A stretch of 64,000 bases of DNA from Eledone cirrhosa (lineage: Eukaryota), in the NCBI GenBank assembly GCA_964016885.1, contig OZ024742.1:62682001-62746000 (forward strand), read 5' to 3'. The notes beneath the pieces are model-generated. The model was given only the letters and a program-made list of their open reading frames with translations. It ran no database searches and had not been told where the DNA came from. Shown piece after piece: positions 40,550-54,844 of the stretch (the first letter of the stretch is position 1; the number at the start of each line of letters is the position of its first letter). The translations under genes and the position numbers were made by a program.

Positions 40550-43055
40550 ACTGATTCATACACGTAACACTTATAGCGTTATTTTCGGCTTCAAGATCTA
40601 TGTATGGCTAAAACTGCAGACTCTACATGGTGGTGGAGAATGCTTGAAGCACAAAACATCGGCGTCCGTCATACGAAAGAAAACCTCCTCCTCCAAAATG
40701 TTCGTAGATTAAGATGGAAAGCTCCATTCCACCGCCATCGAAAATTCAACATCAATTTACTTCAGTGCTCCATCATTTTTAACAATTTAGCCCCTTTCAA
40801 GGCTGATCTCTTAGATTTAATCTCCAAATCAAATTATGTACCATAAGCCTTTCCAAAATATTTTCAAATATATTAAAAAATGTTAATTGTCCAAAAACGT
40901 TTTTGTCTTTTTCCACAAGACGAATAACTTATTCTAAACAAAGTAACTAATAAATACCAGAAGATTTGATCAGTCACCTATAACAAAATTAATGATGAGG
41001 CAAAAGAAATTGCTGGAAATTTAAAGAGTGCCGCTGCAATAGAACACTTAGCTAAACGTGTTGACTTCATCACTCTGAAAGACCATAAACCTCTCACGTT
41101 ACAAGCTGACCTAGCTGTAGATTGATAAACCCAGCTAAATCAGAATTAAGAATAGCAAGTAAAATATATTATGAGAAATTAACACACGTAATAAGAACAG
41201 TACTGACCTCTTACTACGGAACAACACATCTGTCATTATCCTGGTTCACAGATCTTATTTCGAACTTTAGGGCTATATCCACCCAGTTCGATATAACAGA
41301 TTTTTACCCATCCATTTAGATAACATTTTAGAATTCGCTTGTATTTATTAGTACATCAGTGACCAGGAATTAGAATTAATTTTCCGTGTCCGAAGGACGC
41401 TCCTGATCAACAACAGGAGGGTCATACGACAGTGCGACCTGGCTGGATTGTAATTTTTCATACACTTAAGTGCAAATATACCCAAACAGTTGTCTTTATT
41501 TATTACACAGTTTCAATGGCCAAGCCCTCGACGGGTTCCATTAGGATTTAATAGAAGCCTTTCGCGTGCTAAGGCTTAACAGTACAGTAAAAACAAACTT
41601 TGCTAATGTCAATTACTTTGATGTTAACGTAGCCTTAGCCTCGGGTACGTATAAACCGTACTATAAACCTAACGAAAAACTGAAATATATTAACAGAGGA
41701 TCCCGCCACCATCCCCGTAGTTTTTAAAAAATCCAGTCTCTAACATTAACCGTAGGATTTAGAACCTATCATCCACCAAGGGGATATTTAACATAGCAGA
41801 ACCCTATTACAATATTATTCGAGACAATGGTTTCAAAAAGAAGATTAAGTAGATACTCAAAGAGCCCAAAATCAACTAAAATCAAGTTAAAAATAAAAAT
41901 AGAACTAGAAAAATAATCTACTTCACTTCTACTCCCTTAACGTAAAGACAAATGAAGGTAAGAATTTTTTAGATATAATAGAAAAGCACCCCTCCTCCTC
42001 CGCAACCCAGGTACAGTAAAATATTCAGTCGACGTTTCGTGAAGATAAGTTATTCCTGCGGAAAATCCAGGATGCTCTTGCAGGATAATGGAAGGCTACT
42101 CCTTGTATAAAACTCATGTATAGAATATAAAATCCATCGTAAATGTGGCAGATATTACACATATCACTACCAAACATGCAGTGAAAGATATGTGGGTATA
42201 GTACAAGAACGTTTTAAACAACGATTCTACTCACACCTCTTTTCTCTTAGGTACCCTGAAATGAAGACCAATACGGCCTTGGCAAAAAGGGCCTGGTAAT
42301 TAGAAAATAAAGGAGTCCCACATAAAATAATATGGATAATCCTAGAAAGATCCAGACAATACATCTATGGAACAAAGAGATGTTCCTCTGCCTCAGTGAA
42401 AAATTCAAATTTTACATGGTTTGAACTAATCGAAAAAATAACTGAACTCTGAAAATGAGCTGTTTAAAGACCGTGTGTACCCCATGAGCCACCTACTTTC
42501 AACATGGAAGAGCCAACCATAAAATATCCAGTCAACTGATGTACTATATCCACTATAATTCCAACAAATTAACATTTTTCTGCATGCCGCCTGTAAGTGT
42601 CTTTTATAGCCTACACCCACTATAAGGACGGAATACGCAAATACAAAGAGTTGCATATGTGCTTTCACCATGGGGGCATTCGTCACAAAATACTCAGTAT
42701 TCTGATGTGTTGCATCCGACATGTTTCTATGAGGTCAAACCTTTTTAATATGTTTATAACTGTCTTTCATAGACTACACCACACTTCCAGGAGTTAGCAC
42801 GCAGACAGAAGTATACACACGTTACGAACGTTTTGTTAGGGCTCGAGTTGCCTCTTCTGGAAAACAAATCAGCAAAACGATTTGAGTTACAGTCTTTTCC
42901 ATACACGACTTTATAACCGAATCTCATTCAAACATTGAAATTCACCAGACGACGGAAGTAGATGTTTATGCTTCAGGCATTTAGCACAGTCTGCAGTTGT
43001 ACTTTGCATAGGCCTTAGAACCTAAAATAGTGCCACACATGTTACGTGTATGAGT
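40550..43055 (+). mobile_element. Highly decayed Naiad-like PLE with inverted terminal segments (40553-40660 vs 42960-43055)
   Basis: RRLRWKA, TLKDHK, LINPAKSEL, QFDITDFYPSI, YKPYYKPNE, LCLSEK remnants. Confidence 0.8.
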
Positions 43056-43237
43056 GATAATAATTGTTTCTACTTTTGGCACAAGGCCAGCAATTATCCC
43101 AGTACATTACTTTATTTTATCGACCCCGTAAGCATGAAAGGCAAAGTTAACCTCGGCAGGATTTGAACTCAGATCGTAAAGGGACGTAACTATGCTGAAA
43201 AGAATGTCCGACCCTCTACCGATTCTGCCAATAATAA
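43056..43237 (-). mobile_element. Full-length (ATT)n-flanked tRNA-derived SINE
   Basis: Reverse complement ttattattggcagaatcggtagag (A box), gagttcaaatcc (B box), ccttgtgccaaaagtagaaacaattattat. Confidence 0.85.
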
Positions 43238-43400
43238 ACAATAAATTAGTTCTCTTGCTCTAGATTTAGTATTTATTCCTTTGCTGCATATACATATATT
43301 ACATATATTTGAGTATATATATATGTAATATATGTATATGCAGCATGGTCTCATTCTTTAACGGTATGTCAATATTTGTTTATAAAACTGATCTATATTA

Positions 43401-43465
43401 TATTTTATCTGATGAAAGCGCACCATAATTTGCTTTGGTGTCCTTGAAATATGTATAATGAAATA
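43401..43465 (+). ncRNA. Type-I hammerhead ribozyme related to 19505-19575
   Basis: TATTTTAT-CTGATGA-AAG..CACCA..TGGTG..CTT-GAAA-TATGTA-TA-ATGAAATA; a ~27-bp-arm hairpin (43282-43345) lies just upstream. Confidence 0.75.
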
Positions 43466-44230
43466 AATATGGTTTTATAAATATAGTTTCCATTTGTTAA
43501 TATATTGTATATTTACTCGAATAATTTGTTGAGTGCTTTATATCAGTTATAAAAATATTTGCTTGTTGTATCCCAACAAATTAAATATAACTTCTATATA
43601 TATATATATATATATTCAGTATATATATATACAAACACACACATTTATATATATACATACACACACGTATATATATGGGACTTCCAGTTTCATTTTACAT
43701 TATATACATGTCTATGTATATTTTAGTTATTTAAAAATTATTTTTAAGTGAACATGATTTTTAAAAAATATTTTGAAGTGAACCTGGCCCAACGGATAAC
43801 AGGTGGTCTAGTACAAAGGTTCTCAACGGGGGTCGTATACCCCCTCCCCCCACCTCTGGGTCGTTTTGTAGCTCCGGGTGGGGGCGTTTTTGAGCAAGGG
43901 GGCGTTAGGGGGGAGTTTTGGGGGGGCGCTGGAAGCCCCTTTAGTTTGGTAAATTTTATAAGTCATATGTGTACGTCTCTTAGACAGCTAGTGTGAATGC
44001 ATTTGAATGAAGAAAACGAAGAAAATAAATAAAAGAAGCTTGTCAACGAATTCCCTAGGGAGATAAAAGAAAAACAAAAGAAATCAAAGAAAATGAACAT
44101 AAGGATGTCAACTTTGACAACAGTTACAAGAACAACTTCAACAGAAATGACAACAAAAAGAAGTAATGGTGATGAAAGGTGTGGGTGTATACATATACAT
44201 GCATACGAACATACACACACATGCATACGT

Positions 44231-44261
<31 letters not shown>

Positions 44262-45143
44262 GACCTGCGTTAGTGTTTGATGAGGTTGAGAACCTGGTCA
44301 GCTTTCAGCCAGAACTGTGGTATTTAATCTCCCTAGGTAATAAAATCTGGAGACAGAATTTTCTCCTTACCAAAAAAAACAACATAAATAATCATGTCAA
44401 CATCCTTACACACTTAAATATAAATGCATGTATATATACAAATGTATAAATGCATAGCTATATACATACGTAAATGTATGTATGTATATATGTATGTATG
44501 TATGTCGTTGGCGACTAAACTGGCAACCCCACCAAGGTTTCTTGGTGAGGAGGGTGGCTTTGGACATCCTGCAGGACTAAAAACAAAACCTGTCAAAAGG
44601 CAAAGGGGCTCTTAAGAGTCAATAGCCATCCAAAATCACCGGGAGAGATGACCCCTTAGCCTTTGTCAAGGCAGAATTCTAGGAGAAGGAAAACTCTGAT
44701 ATAACACCTGCAACTCTGATGGTATCCAATGATGTTGAATTGTTCTTCTTTTTGGTAAATATCATCTTGGTTAAGAGAGTGGGACTGGCTTTGTGCAGTG
44801 CCTTTGCTCACTATAAAAGCTTCACAGCACAGGCATTGCTTTATATCTGGAGATCTCTCTGTACTTGTCGTCACATGGTACCATGGGCCCAGCACTATGT
44901 GTCAATAATTGTCACAAGTGTAGTGTTTGTACCAGAGCTTTCAAGTCGCTGGCTGGACTAAAAAGTCACATTCGTTCAGCGCATCGGTAGGGGTTCTCCT
45001 ACATGGATATAAAGTAGTGGCCGTACTCGAAAACGAGTTGGCAGCCACCATGTATGTATGTATGTAGATTTATACATATATATATATATATATATATAGT
45101 GACGAAACATAAGTCAATTGCATGAACTCATAATCCTTTATTT

Positions 45144-45199
45144 ACTGCTATATATATTTCGATGATAGCCATTGAATGGCTATGACCTCATCAGGCAGT
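45144..45199 (-). ncRNA. Type-I hammerhead ribozyme
   Basis: ACTGC-CTGATGA-GGTC ATAGCCAT TCA ATGGCTAT CATC-GAAA-TATATA-TA-GCAGT, in a ~165-bp insert between (TA)n tracts. Confidence 0.8.
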
Positions 45200-45411
45200 T
45201 AGCCAGTTCTTAGATATGCCAGCTCTGTGTGTATAGTGTTGATGGTATCAGAGCCTTGGGACAATATATATATATATATATATATATAGTTTTAATATAG
45301 AAGACATTCTACAGGACTATAACTGTTTCATTCTTTAGAAATCATCTACATACATGCATACATACATTTACGTATGTATATAACTCTGCATTTATATTTA
45401 AGTGTGTAAGG

Positions 45412-45515
<104 letters not shown>

Positions 45516-45548
45516 TGTCTGTGTATAATATATATATATATATATTAT

Positions 45549-45616
<68 letters not shown>

Positions 45617-46087
45617 TTTTTTCAGTCTGCTCTACCATGTTTGAGCCCCCTGTTGGAGATAGATAGATAGACGTGTACCAAACACAGACACTCACACACA
45701 TTTCTTACTCTCTCTGTCCCTCCCTCTTTCTCTCTTCATCTATATATATATATATAATATCGATGTAATTTTTTATATCGATATTGCATGGGCGTCCACT
45801 GAGGAGTTATAAGGGCCCGCTTGTGTGTATTTCTATGGATTATATACAAGTTTCTACATAACTTGGACATTATTTATCCCAACTTGTAGAAATCTTATAA
45901 TGAAACGATCGTATGGAAAGAAAGAGAGATTTATTTAATTATGTCTCATATAAAATAATACAACCAATTTTCTACGGAATACTATATAATTATCACCCAA
46001 ACACTTAATTGGGATTATACTTAGGCATATCCTAATGTTTGTTGCGTGAGATGGAGTTGGTCAGATTATTGCTTAAAGCTTTCTCTG

Positions 46088-46121
<34 letters not shown>

Positions 46122-46129
<8 letters not shown>

Positions 46130-47042
46130 ATAAAATATAGAGAAAAATACTGCAGGTAGCACATGGATAACATGTAATAAAATGAGTCCCTCATCAGTGA
46201 TTTGCCGACGATCATCGATATTTCATTGCATTAAAAATCATATACCTCACGTCGGTGCAATAATAACCAAAATAAGTTATTAGGACAATTGAAACGCGTA
46301 AAGTGAGTGAGACAGGAGAACAACACAGAGTATAGCTAACCGTAGGGGAAAGAAACAAGCTTCAAAATTATTCTGTTTAGCATAAGCTAGGTGAATATAT
46401 GAGCTTTTAGAAAACAGACCTGACACGAACTCTGGCCATGTGAGAAGAGAGAAAAATAGCCTTCGTGGTGTACAGGATGAAATGAAGAGAAGAGAAACAG
46501 TGAGTGAGTGAAAGTGTGAGGAAGAGTTAACTGACATGACAGAGGGGGAGAAACAGAGAGACTGGAGGAGCAGTAAGAGAGAGAGAGAAAAAAACACAGA
46601 ATCGCAGTGGTAAATATATGTAATAAAATATAGAGAAAAATACTGCAGGTAGCACATGGATAACATGTAATAAAATGAGTCCCTCATCAGTGATTTGCCG
46701 ACGATCATCGATATTTCATTGCATTAAAAATCATATACCTCACGTCGGTGCAATAATAACCAAAATAAGTTATTAGGACAATTGAAACGCGTAAAGCGAG
46801 TGAGACAGGAGAACAACACAGAGTATAGCTAACCGTAGGGGAAAGAAACAAGCTTCAAAATTATTCTGTTTAGCATAAGCTAGGTGAATATATGAGCTTT
46901 TAGAAAACAGACCTGACACGAACTCTGGCCATGTGAGAAGAGAGAAAAATAGCCTTCGTGGTGTACAGGATGAAATGAAGAGAAGAGAAACAGTGAGTGA
47001 GTGAAAGTGTGAGGAAGAGTTAACTGACATGACAGAGGGGGA
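46122..47042. repeat. Near-identical tandem duplication, 493-bp period (~1.9 units), starting at (TA)n
   Basis: 46127-46549 repeats at 46620-47042. Confidence 0.9.
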
Positions 47043-49196
47043 TGGTGTTGTTATTTGGCGTTGTTGAAAAGAGCAGTGGCCTTTGACCTGGCAATAAAAA
47101 CTGGAGGCAAAATTCTTTCTGTACCAAAACCAAGGCACACACACACAAGTTTGTGTGTGTGTGTATCTATCTATGTATATATATATATATATAAAGGCTT
47201 TCTCACTGTCACCAAGCTTCTAAATTCATTCGTTGCTACGAGGTATTTTATTTTGCAAGGTACTATTTTTCCCCTGAGTTTGTGATTTCAGAGAAAAGTA
47301 AGAAATTCTTCATATTTTGCATCTTTTGTATTTTGGATTTACAGTTTGAATTGTAGAATTGTCTATCCACTCAAAATATTACAACAGCTAACAGTGAAAT
47401 ATAGAATTTAAAAAAAAAAAAAGCTTTTTCGACTGAGATCAAATTTTTTTTTTTTTTTTTTAATATAAAATTTGAAATAGCTTGCTTTTGTTTTGGACTG
47501 AAACTTTTTTGTGTTTAATTCGTACGAGTATTTTTAAAAAATTCTAACATAACTTGATTTGGCCCAGTAATCTACTGATTTCAAAATCAGTAGTATATTG
47601 AAAAATGGAAAAATAGGGTAGGGGGGCGTTTCGTGATTTCGAGGGGCCGAAATGGGTTGAGAACCTTTGGTCTAGTGTATATATAAAATTAATAAGAAAT
47701 GTCGAGAATTCAGACTCACAATATAACTATAAATTCAGTTGGTTGTTTATAGCATAGAAAATCGGGTAAACCATTTATAAACAGAAAAAAGTTGCCAGCA
47801 GTCGATACAAAGAATCAAATTTCATATCTTTCAGATACTGACTGACTGCGAACAGTATTGAGCTGAACAGTTCCTGACAACAATCACCGTCTAAATTAGA
47901 AACTAAATCAAATAGCGTGCAAAGTTTGAAAATTCGAAGCACTGAGAGATTATGTGGCTCATAGAAAATGTAAGAAACTCAGACACCAAAAATAACTGTA
48001 AATACAGTTGGTAATTATAAATATCCTACAAAATCAGATAAATGTCCTTATATCTAAAGGTATGATGAAAAATTTACGAGCTTAAGTTTTGCCAATATAT
48101 AAAAAATTTCATCAGCATGCTCGTGGTCTACACCTTCAAAAATGTATCTCTGCAAAATCCTATAAAATATGCACTATTAAGAAAGATGAGAGGAAACAAG
48201 TTCAGGTGGTGGTGGCAGTTACACCACATAGCTTGGATATATGATCGAAAAATCAAAATAATTTTCTAAAGAAGAAACCATAAAATATACAATGAATGGT
48301 TCTATTGCTAGTTATTGTGACAACTGTTATATTGTATATGTATATTGTTTTATATTGCTTAATCAATATATTAATTAGGGTTTAATGTTTATAGAGATGG
48401 TAGGTTTCTACTGAAACAACTTGTTAATCTTGTGTTCTGTTGTTTCGAACAAAGTAGCTAATTTCACAGTATTGAACAACCATCCTTGAATAAACTAGCT
48501 AATTTGTCAGTGCTGTAGAGACGTGCTTAAATCTTTCCTGAAGATACAAAAAGTTTATGGTACGCAATTTTACATCATCTCTTATCTATTTTGATCTTTG
48601 TTTTGTGACTCCCTGATACTGAAGGTTTTATATGTGGTCTCCTGGCTAGTGTTGAGAAATGGAGAAACGAGGGATTCAACTGAAACATTAGTTAGTTTAT
48701 GTTTTAAGTTTTCCTAATATGAATTTGGCATCGTACTCTAAGGAGGATATTAGTTTAGACCTTTAATTCGAAAAAATTGTAATGTGGTAGAATATACGAT
48801 GTAATGCAATCATATTTCTTTGACTCCTTTACGAAATGGCTTGTCATGATTGACAGTCTTACATTTATATTTCACTCGCCTTTTCTCAATAAATATTGTG
48901 ACTGAAATATTATGTTTAATGAAGCAGTCCAAGAACGAGATGATATATTTATGGAATCCAGTTTTAAATGAATGTCATAAGATTATGTAGCTGATTTTAG
49001 CTTCTCCAATTGTAAGTTCTTTCATGAATTTCTTTGTCTTTCTATATATTTATTATTTATATTGTTTTTCAATGTGTTAAATAAACAATTATTTAAAAAT
49101 ATAAATAATGATTTGTATCTGCATTCAAGAAATAAAACATTAATATTAGTTATATTGTAACAAAATAATTATCAGATAGCTACACAATATTCTGAA

Positions 49197-49250
<54 letters not shown>

Positions 49251-49255
<5 letters not shown>

Positions 49256-49797
49256 AGAAAAAACGATTATTAGTAAAAAAAAAATTTTTATTTTACTTTT
49301 TCTGGGTTAGAAAATGTTTAAAACAAATTATTTTACTTAATGTGAAGTGTCAAAGTATTCATTTATTTATTTATTAATTAACAATACCATTGATTTATTT
49401 ATTAATTTATTTATTCAATAATTATCAATTACCGGTTTCAGCATTTTATGCTTTTTCAAATTATGTGAGTGGGAGAGGTTTGTAAATAATATTATTCTTT
49501 CTTTCCCATTTCCTTAACCTGTTTAACATCACCTTATTTTCTGTTCTACATTTTCTACAAACACAAATTCCTTTTTTTCTCTCCCACTCACATAATTTGA
49601 AAATGCATAAAATGCTGAAACCGGCAATTGATAATTATTAAATAAATAAATACTATTGTTAATTAATGAATTAATTAATACTTTGACACTTCACTCAAAG
49701 TAAAATAATTTGTTTTAAACATTTTCTAACCCAGAAAAAAGAAAAAAATAAGGAAAAATATATATTTTTCTTCCTAATAATCGTTTTTTTCTCCCTA
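49251..49797. repeat. Fold-back (~225-bp arms, ~95-nt spacer) with U3:A8 HHRs at 49426-49463 (-) and 49593-49630 (+, U16.1C)
   Basis: TAAT-TTGAAAA-AGCAT AAA ATGCT-GAAA-CCGG-TA-ATTG; flanked by (TA)n. Confidence 0.85.
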
Positions 49798-50021
49798 TAT
49801 ATATATATTCCAACTCGTGTGTTCCTTCTCCACATTTTATTATTATTATTATTATTATATATATATATACACACGCGCCCTCTTACAAACGTACACACAT
49901 ACACGCACGCGCACACAGGCAGGCACATATATATGTGTATGTGTATATGTGTGTGTATGTGTGTATATATGTGTGTATACGTATATATATGTGTATATAT
50001 ATATATATGTGTATATATATA

Positions 50022-50064
<43 letters not shown>

Positions 50065-50672
50065 ATATATATATATATGTATGTATATGTGTGTGTATGT
50101 ATGTATGTGCATGTATTTATGTACGCGTATGTATGTGCATAAATATGTATATATGTTTGTACATATGTATGTGTGTATGTACCTTTTTGTATGTTTCTTG
50201 TGTGTGTGCGTGCGTGTATGTGTGTGTACGTGTGTAAGTGGGCGCGTGTGTGAATGTGCTTGTCGACACCTGGAATATATATTAAGAGAAACTTCACAAT
50301 AAGGGGAATCACCCCAACACTTGAATCTGCTGATGGAACCCTTTCTGCCTTTGTCACCCTTATTTCAGCCTTAAAGAATTAGCTTCTAAAGAATTTCCCT
50401 TTTCTTTAAACCAATGAAGCCCACCCATTCTGTAGACACCTGTCTTACAGGCATTGTTAGTTTAAGTGATAAACTAGGATTGGTATTCCAAACTTGAATT
50501 TGTTTACAGTATTCTTTCTGCCTTTGTTAATATTTTAGCTTTAAAGAATTAGCTTTTAATGAATCCCCTTTCTTTAAATCCATCAACCAATGACCTCCAC
50601 CCATCACAATCCCCACCCTCTCATACCACCAGAAAAGAAAAGATATAAATACCACCACCTACTTGGAAATCC

Positions 50673-50723
50673 AGCTTCCTGATGATTTCTCATGAATGAA
50701 ACGGTTCTAGTCCTGTAGAAGCT
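50673..50723 (+). ncRNA. Type-I hammerhead ribozyme
   Basis: AGCTTC-CTGATGA-TTT CTCATG AAT-GAAA-CGG TTCTAGT CCTG-TA-GAAGCT; 6-bp stem I, weak stem II. Confidence 0.7.
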
Positions 50724-51239
50724 CTTCTATATTAAAACATTTATATATGTATTGAGTACCTTACTTACTGTGGTTACCTCCGATTCAACCCGGATAATAT
50801 ATATATATATAGATGATGATATATAAATTTAGAATATCAATATTTTACATTGTGGCTCCTTCAAGTCTGTTTGTTCAAACTTGATCAGTTCATCTTCTCT
50901 ATAATATTATAAGATTTTACTGATTGGTCAAATAGTTAGCTCTTATATATTTGTTTCAGTTACATTAGATGATGATAAATGTTGTCAGTGAAGTCCTAAT
51001 GACCCAATAATTAATTACACCCCTGTATTGTGTTCAGAAATATATATATGTCATAGTATTTAGTTATATCTCTCTACAGAGTTCAATTCCCACCATAGTC
51101 AAATTAGTTTTACATCACTTGTGGTTGGATACAATTAATGTTAATAATACATTAGAATTGATTTGGTTGACAATATCACACATCCAAAATATGGGGGCTT
51201 TATGTCTAAACAAAGTGAAAAATCTTCTTTTCAGATACA

Positions 51240-51576
51240 ATGATGTCGAAGAAATATTGGCAACATATAATAATTTTATTGATGTTCCACTTTTTCACTC
51301 TGCATATATCACATTCTTCTAATTCTAATACCAACACTGGTTCCCTTTTTCGTCTACTGGAAGGAAAAACTATTATACATACCAAAGAACTGGCTAGAAC
51401 ATACCCTGTGATATTTGTTAATGTTATATTTGAATGTATTCAGCATTGCATTAGTATGCCCTGTTGCAGTTATTTTACTTACCATGATAAAATCTGTGAG
51501 ATATTTCATGCCTGGCAAGACAGTATTGTTGTGATATCATCAACAATACACCAGAGTTATTACACAGTACATGAAG
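51240..51576 (+). CDS. First coding exon of host paralog B: signal peptide + PAN/apple-like domain
   Basis: Acceptor ttcttttcag| at 51234, ATG 51240, hydrophobic leader, ECIQHCISMPCCSYFTYHDKICEIF Cys pattern, G|gtaagt donor (phase 1). Confidence 0.8.
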
Positions 51577-51659
51577 GTAAGTAAAATTATTTCACAAACA
51601 TTCCTACTTCAAGATGACTGGTGTATAAATTAATAGTAATGTGGTATTATTGACTGGTC

Positions 51660-51985
51660 ACCCAGCCTCAACCTGTTGCAGTCTGCAACTAACCCAGGTT
51701 CTGCTGCAATTCGGTTTGAGGAGGGCAAACTCTCCAAGTATCGGTTGCTCTCCGACAGGTTTGCGGTCATGCCCTTAGCAGTGGAGACTTCTGGTGTCCT
51801 TGATCCTAGGGCTACCTCCCTACTTACCACCATAGGCGCTGAGCTGGCCAACCACAGGTGTGAGCCTCGCAAGATGGAATGGTTCTTCCAGCACATCTCC
51901 CTTACCATCCTCCGGGGAAACGCCTTCTCTATTCTGTCCGCCGGGGCTGTGGGGCGGCCAGCACATGGAACTCCATTTGCTCATA
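51660..51985 (+). mobile_element. CRE 3' fragment in the intron (family of 28614-30950)
   Basis: KLSKY..LSDRFAV.PLAVETSGVL..ISLTILRGNAFSIL. Confidence 0.9.
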
Positions 51986-54434
51986 ATACAGAGAGATGGA
52001 GAGGCAATGACAGTTGGAGTTCGGTTCTTCCGTGTTTGGACACATTTGTCAAACTAGGTTTTATGAAACAATTGTACCATAAATTAAACAGGCCTCTGAC
52101 CACTACTGCTATCAATTCAGTTTGTCTAGTTCAATTACCTGAGTACATATCTTCCTAATCAATAACTTTTGAACAACACTTGAGTTCAATATTTTAATAG
52201 AAATTCATTAGCTGTTGATGTTAAGTTTAATTTCTTGTAGACTGTAGTTGTTCAAGAATAATATAAAGTGTCAGTCTTATTAGATTATGAAGGCCTGCCA
52301 AACCAAACCATTAAAAGAAGAAACAAAAAATTATAAACTCTGACACACATACATATCAAATGTATCATAGATTCACATTAGTAGTTTCACTATTAGTTTA
52401 ATAAAATAACCTCTTGAATCGGTTTGTGTGTATCGGCTAAATAACAACAAAGAAATATGTAAATAAGGTGCCTAAATACCTTATTACTGATAGTAATAGC
52501 ATGGAAATGGAGATGTTAATTTGCATATTGTCAGCACTTATGATGGTAGTTAATTTTGAAACATATCAAGTTGTCCATTAAGCAGCTGAATTATACAAAA
52601 AGTTTATATATCTCTATATACAGTACAGAATATACTAAAAATGTGTAGATTTATATATGCATAATAACATATATAAATTTACACATGTTTAGTATATAAA
52701 TAAGTAAACATTCGCAAATTACATATTACCCTGTAAATTGTAAACTATGATAAATATCTTTGATCAATTATGTTACCATTTTGTATATCTGCTAAAGCAT
52801 CACAAGGAAATATATAACTGAGGGTATTCTGTCATCTATCACTTTTTGTAATATCACTGAACTGGACATACTAACTTGATTATTATTTGAGCTCATATTG
52901 GTAGTTAATTTTGATATCAAAACCTTCTGTTTTTTATATGCATGTATACAGGTATATCTGAGAACTTTTCATTGTAGCAAGATATGTTTGTATTAGCAGT
53001 GGCATGACCTTTCAATCCTACCCTTCTGTGTTATGATACTTTGATACCATACCAGGGTATTGGAGATTTCTCTGCTACTAACAGTTGAAAACTGTTGTTG
53101 AAACATCAAAATTATTAATATTTATTCCATCAGAAACCATAGATTTTAACAGAAGACGCTAAGAGCAGGTGTCACATCCTCAACGCCTCATGGTTAAATA
53201 TGACTGCAGAGCTGCTGATATATTTAATATGTCTTATGATTAAACATAATCACAAAGTAAAGTGATTTAAGGAAATGTTATTTCAATACTAGATGTATCA
53301 TTAGCTACTGCCTCTTTGAAATTAGAATTAAACAAATTAACATAACATTATTTCAGTTAGTGTTATGTCATGCTCCACTAAAAATAGAGTAAAGTAATTT
53401 GAAGAAACATTATTTCAATAACAAATGTGATCGAAGATTTAAAGAATCATTATTTCAAAACTTCACATACCACTACCTACTGTCTCTTTGAAAGGACTGT
53501 GAAATAATTTAAAGAAATCAATACTGGTCATAGTGATGTTTCTTTGAAATAAAGTGAAGTAATTTGAAGAAATGTTATTGCAACAATACCAGACATAATG
53601 TTATCCAGGTTTTGAAAGAACATTTTCTCAAAACTGAGGAGTTTGGGTCAGGTGAATACATTGATCTCTGACAGTAACATTCTTAGGGATTAACGAGTAC
53701 ACTGGTTCTCATATGACTCTCACTTTTGGTTCTAGGACATTTTTTGGTCACTTTCAGATAAATGCTTCTGCTGGCAGACTAAACTTAATGAGGGACTTGT
53801 TGCTTGGTGTGGGGATGGGCACTGCCAAGCATTTCTAAGACCTATTGAAATGACATGATGAACATGGAGTCAAATATCTAGAGTGGAATCCCAATGACTG
53901 GCTGCACCAGATATGGGATTTTATTGATTGAACCAAGAGCTGGTGATATATCTAGCATATGTTGTGGTTAAATACAGTCACAGAGGCTCTTTGTGTTGTC
54001 TTTAAAGACACCTAGAAGAATGATACTATTGTCTAATATTATTTCTTCAGAAGACACCACAATCTTAAACTGTTATGGGTTCTAATTTATCTCTAGCATG
54101 GTGTTGAAGGTGTCATTTCATAAAACAAAACTGGAAAAGAGACAATAAGGTGTCTTCTGTTCAGTGTGCCACCATGATAGAAATAACTGCCATATTTACA
54201 TCAAATCAAAGGCTACAATCATAAATCATTGAGAGATGATGTCCTAGAGCTAAACAACAATATTTGTCAATTGTGAAGTGAAATGACTTATAACTGAAAA
54301 TTGAAACATTGGTTGACAGGAACATTACCTATAATTACTATCTTTCTCTCTTTAAGATTCCTTCCACAATTATCTGTTTCCTATATATATTCTGAGAATT
54401 GTTCAAATTAAAAATAACAGTTTTTCTTCTCCAG

Positions 54435-54593
54435 GTAAATGGCATAAATTCTATGTATTACCAAAGAACAGCAAATTAAAACCAGTAGACTTTTATAATG
54501 GCATTTACATTGATTCTTATATAAATGATTGCAAGAGGACAATTTGTTCGAGATCATTTTATAAACACTTGGAAAAATATATTGGTTGAGAAT
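54435..54593 (+). pseudogene. Second coding exon of paralog B with an 11-nt deletion and premature TGA (54587-54589)
   Basis: Phase-compatible acceptor (G|GT AAA TGG); 159 nt versus 170 nt in paralog A; lacks tgaggcctacc. Confidence 0.75.
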
Positions 54594-54844
54594 GTAAGAG
54601 AATTTTGTTTTTTATACTCATTATGCATGTTCATTTGGTTATATTTTTATGGGTTTCTCACTAGTAGAAAGTGAAAGAGAGAGAGTCTGTGACTAACCCC
54701 AAAACAAGATTCTTTCATTGGAATTTGCATGCGGGTATCTGTATATATGAATTATATATGTGTACATATACATACATCTCTTTATCTATATATATACACA
54801 TGTGCTATTAAATGCTGACTCTCTGGAAAGTTTTGCATATTTTT

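Noticed and set aside
46280-47144. Hydrophobic ORFs as a membrane protein gene
   Set aside because: They are antisense translations of a GA-rich tandem duplication with no domain or splice support.
54435-54593. Positive selection between the paralogous exons
   Set aside because: A manual count gives about 19 nonsynonymous and 9 synonymous differences, which per site does not exceed neutral expectation.
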